A stretch of 64,000 nt of DNA, from NCBI GenBank assembly GCA_947625205.1, contig CANQNN010000003.1, forward strand, positions 110,674 to 174,673. Reading direction: 5' to 3'. Source of the stretch: an uncultured Lachnospiraceae bacterium (GTDB taxonomy: Bacteria; Bacillota; Clostridia; Lachnospirales; Lachnospiraceae). Position numbers and translations under genes: made by a program. The notes below the pieces were generated by a model. That model was not told the origin of the DNA. It ran no database searches and was given only the letters and a program-made list of their open reading frames with translations. Positions 61,929 through 64,000 of the stretch are shown piece by piece. Positions within the stretch are counted from its first letter, which is position 1, and every line of letters starts with the position of its first letter.

Positions 61929-63056
61929 CTATCGATAGAACGCCTTCACCTGATCGGTGATATAGGTCACTTCGTCCTCCGTCAGCGTATAGAACATCGG
62001 CAATCTGAAAAGTCTTTCACTCTCTCTGGTCGTATATCTGTCCTCACCGTGGAATCTGCCGTATTTGCGGCCCGCCGGTGCAGAGTGCAGCGGTATATAA
62101 TGAAAGACCGCATGCACGCCTCTCTCTTTCAGAAAAGCATCCAGCCGGGTGCGCTCCTCCATATCCTTTGTCTTGATATAAAACATATGTGCATTATGCT
62201 TGCAGTGAGGCGGTATATAAGGCAGCTCGATCCTGCCTTCATCAGCCAAAGGCGTAAGTAGTTCTCTGTACTGGTTCCATCTGTTCATCCTCGCCTGTGT
62301 GATCTCGTCCGCAAGCTCTAACTGCGCATACAGATATGCGGCGTTCATATCACTCGGCAAATAGGAGGAGCCGTAATCCTGCCACCTGTATTTATCCACT
62401 TCTCCTCTGAAATATTTGCTCCTGTCCGTTCCCTTCTCACGAAAGATCTCCGCTTTCTCTACATACCGTTTATCCCGTATGAGAAGAGCGCCGCCCTCTC
62501 CCATGCTGAAATTCTTCGTCTCATGAAAACTGAAACACCCAAAATCACCGAATGTTCCCAGAGCCTTGCCCTTATAGGACGCCATGATGGCCTGTGCGGC
62601 ATCCTCCACCACCATCAGGTGATGTCTGTCAGCAATATCCATGATGACATCCATCTCACACCCCACACCGGCATAGTGCACAGGCGCGATCACACGGGTC
62701 TTATCTGTGACCGCATCCTCGATCAGCGTCTCGTCTATATTCATCGTATCCGGTCTGATATCCACAAATACCGCCTTTGCCCCGCGCAGCACAAACGCGT
62801 CCGCCGTGGACACAAAGGTATAGGACGGCAGGATCACCTCATCGCCCTCCTTAATATCTGCAAGCAGCGCAGCCAGCTCCGTTGCATGCGTACAGGATGT
62901 GGTAAGCAGACATTTAGCCGTGCCCGTCTTAGCCTCGATCCACTCGCTGCATTTCTTTGTAAACGGTCCGTCCCCGCATATCTTCTGATTCTGAACGGCC
63001 TCTTTCATATATTCGATCTCTTTGCCCGTATAAGGCGGCACATTAAAATTAATCAT
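61929..63056 (-). CDS. wecE: dTDP-4-amino-4,6-dideoxygalactose transaminase (WecE-like, DegT family)
   Basis: From MINFNVPPYTGKEIEYM onward the protein tracks E. coli WecE as I remember it, block for block: CGDGPFTKKC, PSYTFVSTADAFVLRGAKAVFVDIRPDTMNIDETLIEDAVTDKTRVIAPVHYAGVGCEMD, VVEDAAQ, FSFHETKN, REKGTDRS, VDKYRWQDYGSSYL. An alternative ATG at 63074 adds six residues. Confidence 0.85.
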   Translation of the reverse strand: MINFNVPPYTGKEIEYMKEAVQNQKICGDGPFTKKCSEWIEAKTGTAKCLLTTSCTHATELAALLADIKEGDEVILPSYTFVSTADAFVLRGAKAVFVDIRPDTMNIDETLIEDAVTDKTRVIAPVHYAGVGCEMDVIMDIADRHHLMVVEDAAQAIMASYKGKALGTFGDFGCFSFHETKNFSMGEGGALLIRDKRYVEKAEIFREKGTDRSKYFRGEVDKYRWQDYGSSYLPSDMNAAYLYAQLELADEITQARMNRWNQYRELLTPLADEGRIELPYIPPHCKHNAHMFYIKTKDMEERTRLDAFLKERGVHAVFHYIPLHSAPAGRKYGRFHGEDRYTTRESERLFRLPMFYTLTEDEVTYITDQVKAFYR

Positions 63057-63141
63057 GTTGGATTTCCGTCCCATTACCGTATTATATCCTCTTCCCTGAT
63101 GCCAACTGCCTGATCTGCAACTATTGTAGCATAGTAATGCT

Positions 63142-64000
63142 TTAATTGGCAATTCCCCGCCGTTTTCGCACCGCATATCCTGCCGCCAGTCCCACCGTTA
63201 CAAGGATACCCGCAACTGTACAGACAGTTCCGGCGTTCCTGTATGGAGTGGTATAAACAAATCTGACATCATGACTTCCCTTGCTTATGGAAACACCCAT
63301 ATATACCGTATTCACGCGTTCAACCGGCACTTTTGTTCCATCGACGCAGGCGCTCCAGCCTTCCGAAAACGGAACCGCCACACAAAGAATACTGTCTTTT
63401 TCACAAGTAACGCTGCCTTCCATGACATTGACAGAAAAACTCCAGTCTTTCACGCCGGAAGACTGCCGGGCGGACAGATATGCTTCGATCGGTTTCCTCG
63501 GCTGTGCAACGACTCTGATCCTGTCAAACGTATAGACACCGCTCTTTCCGGGGCGCAGCGTGATTTCGCTGTCTCCCCTGCCTACATAGCCTAAGTTACA
63601 TAAAAAATTATGTCTTCCGCAGTACATTCTGTTCCAGGGCGTAAAATAGGTCACGCCGCCTTCATGACCGGAATAATCAATACTGATCGCCACATTATCA
63701 TCCGCCGTGTACATGCGCTGGCTTTCCCGTATGACCTGTCTGGAATCCCAGTCCAGATTATTAATATCTCCTCCAGCCCATTGTGTAACCGGGTCCATAT
63801 CCTTCCACTGCATTCCCTCCATAATCACATACACCTCGGCATCCTCGGGAATCCGTTCCAGCTCCATGACGATCTCCCCGTCCCCGCTGTCGGCGATAAA
63901 CCCGTTTTCCGTTATACTCACATTGTCAGAGCGCATCTCATAACCAATATCATAATTGGAAAATGTAAGCCCGGTTTCCGGCAGCGTACTGCTCTCCACC
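63142..64000 (-). CDS. YfhO family membrane protein, C-terminal part only (5' end beyond window)
   Basis: The reading frame is open to the window edge. The C-terminal block VAVPFSEGWSACVDGTKVPVERVNTVYMGVSISKGSHDVRFVYTTPYRNAG, followed by a final TM (TVCTVAGILVTVGLAAGY), matches the characteristic YfhO C-terminus (GW.A.VDGK.V....VN..F.GV....G.H.V.F.Y.P). Confidence 0.6.
   Translation of the reverse strand, partial: VESSTLPETGLTFSNYDIGYEMRSDNVSITENGFIADSGDGEIVMELERIPEDAEVYVIMEGMQWKDMDPVTQWAGGDINNLDWDSRQVIRESQRMYTADDNVAISIDYSGHEGGVTYFTPWNRMYCGRHNFLCNLGYVGRGDSEITLRPGKSGVYTFDRIRVVAQPRKPIEAYLSARQSSGVKDWSFSVNVMEGSVTCEKDSILCVAVPFSEGWSACVDGTKVPVERVNTVYMGVSISKGSHDVRFVYTTPYRNAGTVCTVAGILVTVGLAAGYAVRKRRGIAN

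Noticed and set aside
1-64000. Mobile elements, prophage genes, CRISPR arrays, tRNA/rRNA genes, toxin-antitoxin or defence systems
   Set aside because: Every sizeable ORF is accounted for by glycan-biosynthesis families or polytopic membrane proteins. I saw no transposase, integrase or Cas-like motifs and no regularly spaced repeats. The few non-coding gaps are too short for structured RNA genes, except the AT-rich spacer, which shows no tRNA-like or riboswitch-like GC-paired structure.

Overview
The window is almost entirely a very large cell-surface glycan biosynthesis region: about 52 densely packed genes, nearly all on the minus strand. I found no rRNA, tRNA, CRISPR array, transposase or integrase. 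G+C looks to be roughly one half. Shine-Dalgarno sites are GGAGG-like and the protein families fit a Clostridia-class Firmicute; the taxon is inference only.

The layout reads as four blocks:
- **Block A (1-19960, minus):** a Wzx/Wzy-type heteropolysaccharide operon. It starts with a large WcaJ/CpsE-type phosphoglycosyl transferase. It also carries GT2, GT4 and GT-D transferases, a GT26-GT4 fusion, a GT11 fucosyltransferase, a pyruvyl transferase, a radical SAM/SPASM-like enzyme, Wzx and a Wzy-like polymerase.
- **Divergent unit (20152-23156, plus):** a GtrB-like, GtrA and GT-C-like set for Und-P-sugar decoration.
- **Block B/C (23117-56714, minus):** split by a roughly 290 bp AT-rich spacer at 36774-37060. 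It contains a pgl-like initiation set (PglF, PglE, PglC and PglA-like) and a WbpO/WbpP-like UDP-HexNAc uronic acid pathway. Around these sit a formyltransferase-like gene, two deacetylase-like genes and two AsnB amidotransferases. The block also holds an ATP-grasp plus PLP enzyme pair, an MsbA/PglK-type ABC exporter, two more GT11-type genes, a GT17 plus DUF5672-like pair and two Wzy/Wzy_C-type membrane proteins.
- **Block D (56820-64000, minus):** WecE, a PseH-like GNAT, a GtrB-like GT2, and several polytopic membrane proteins including a YfhO C-terminus.

I count about 22 Leloir-type glycosyltransferase genes. All functional calls rest on motifs read from the supplied translations and on family knowledge recalled from memory; no database search was run.
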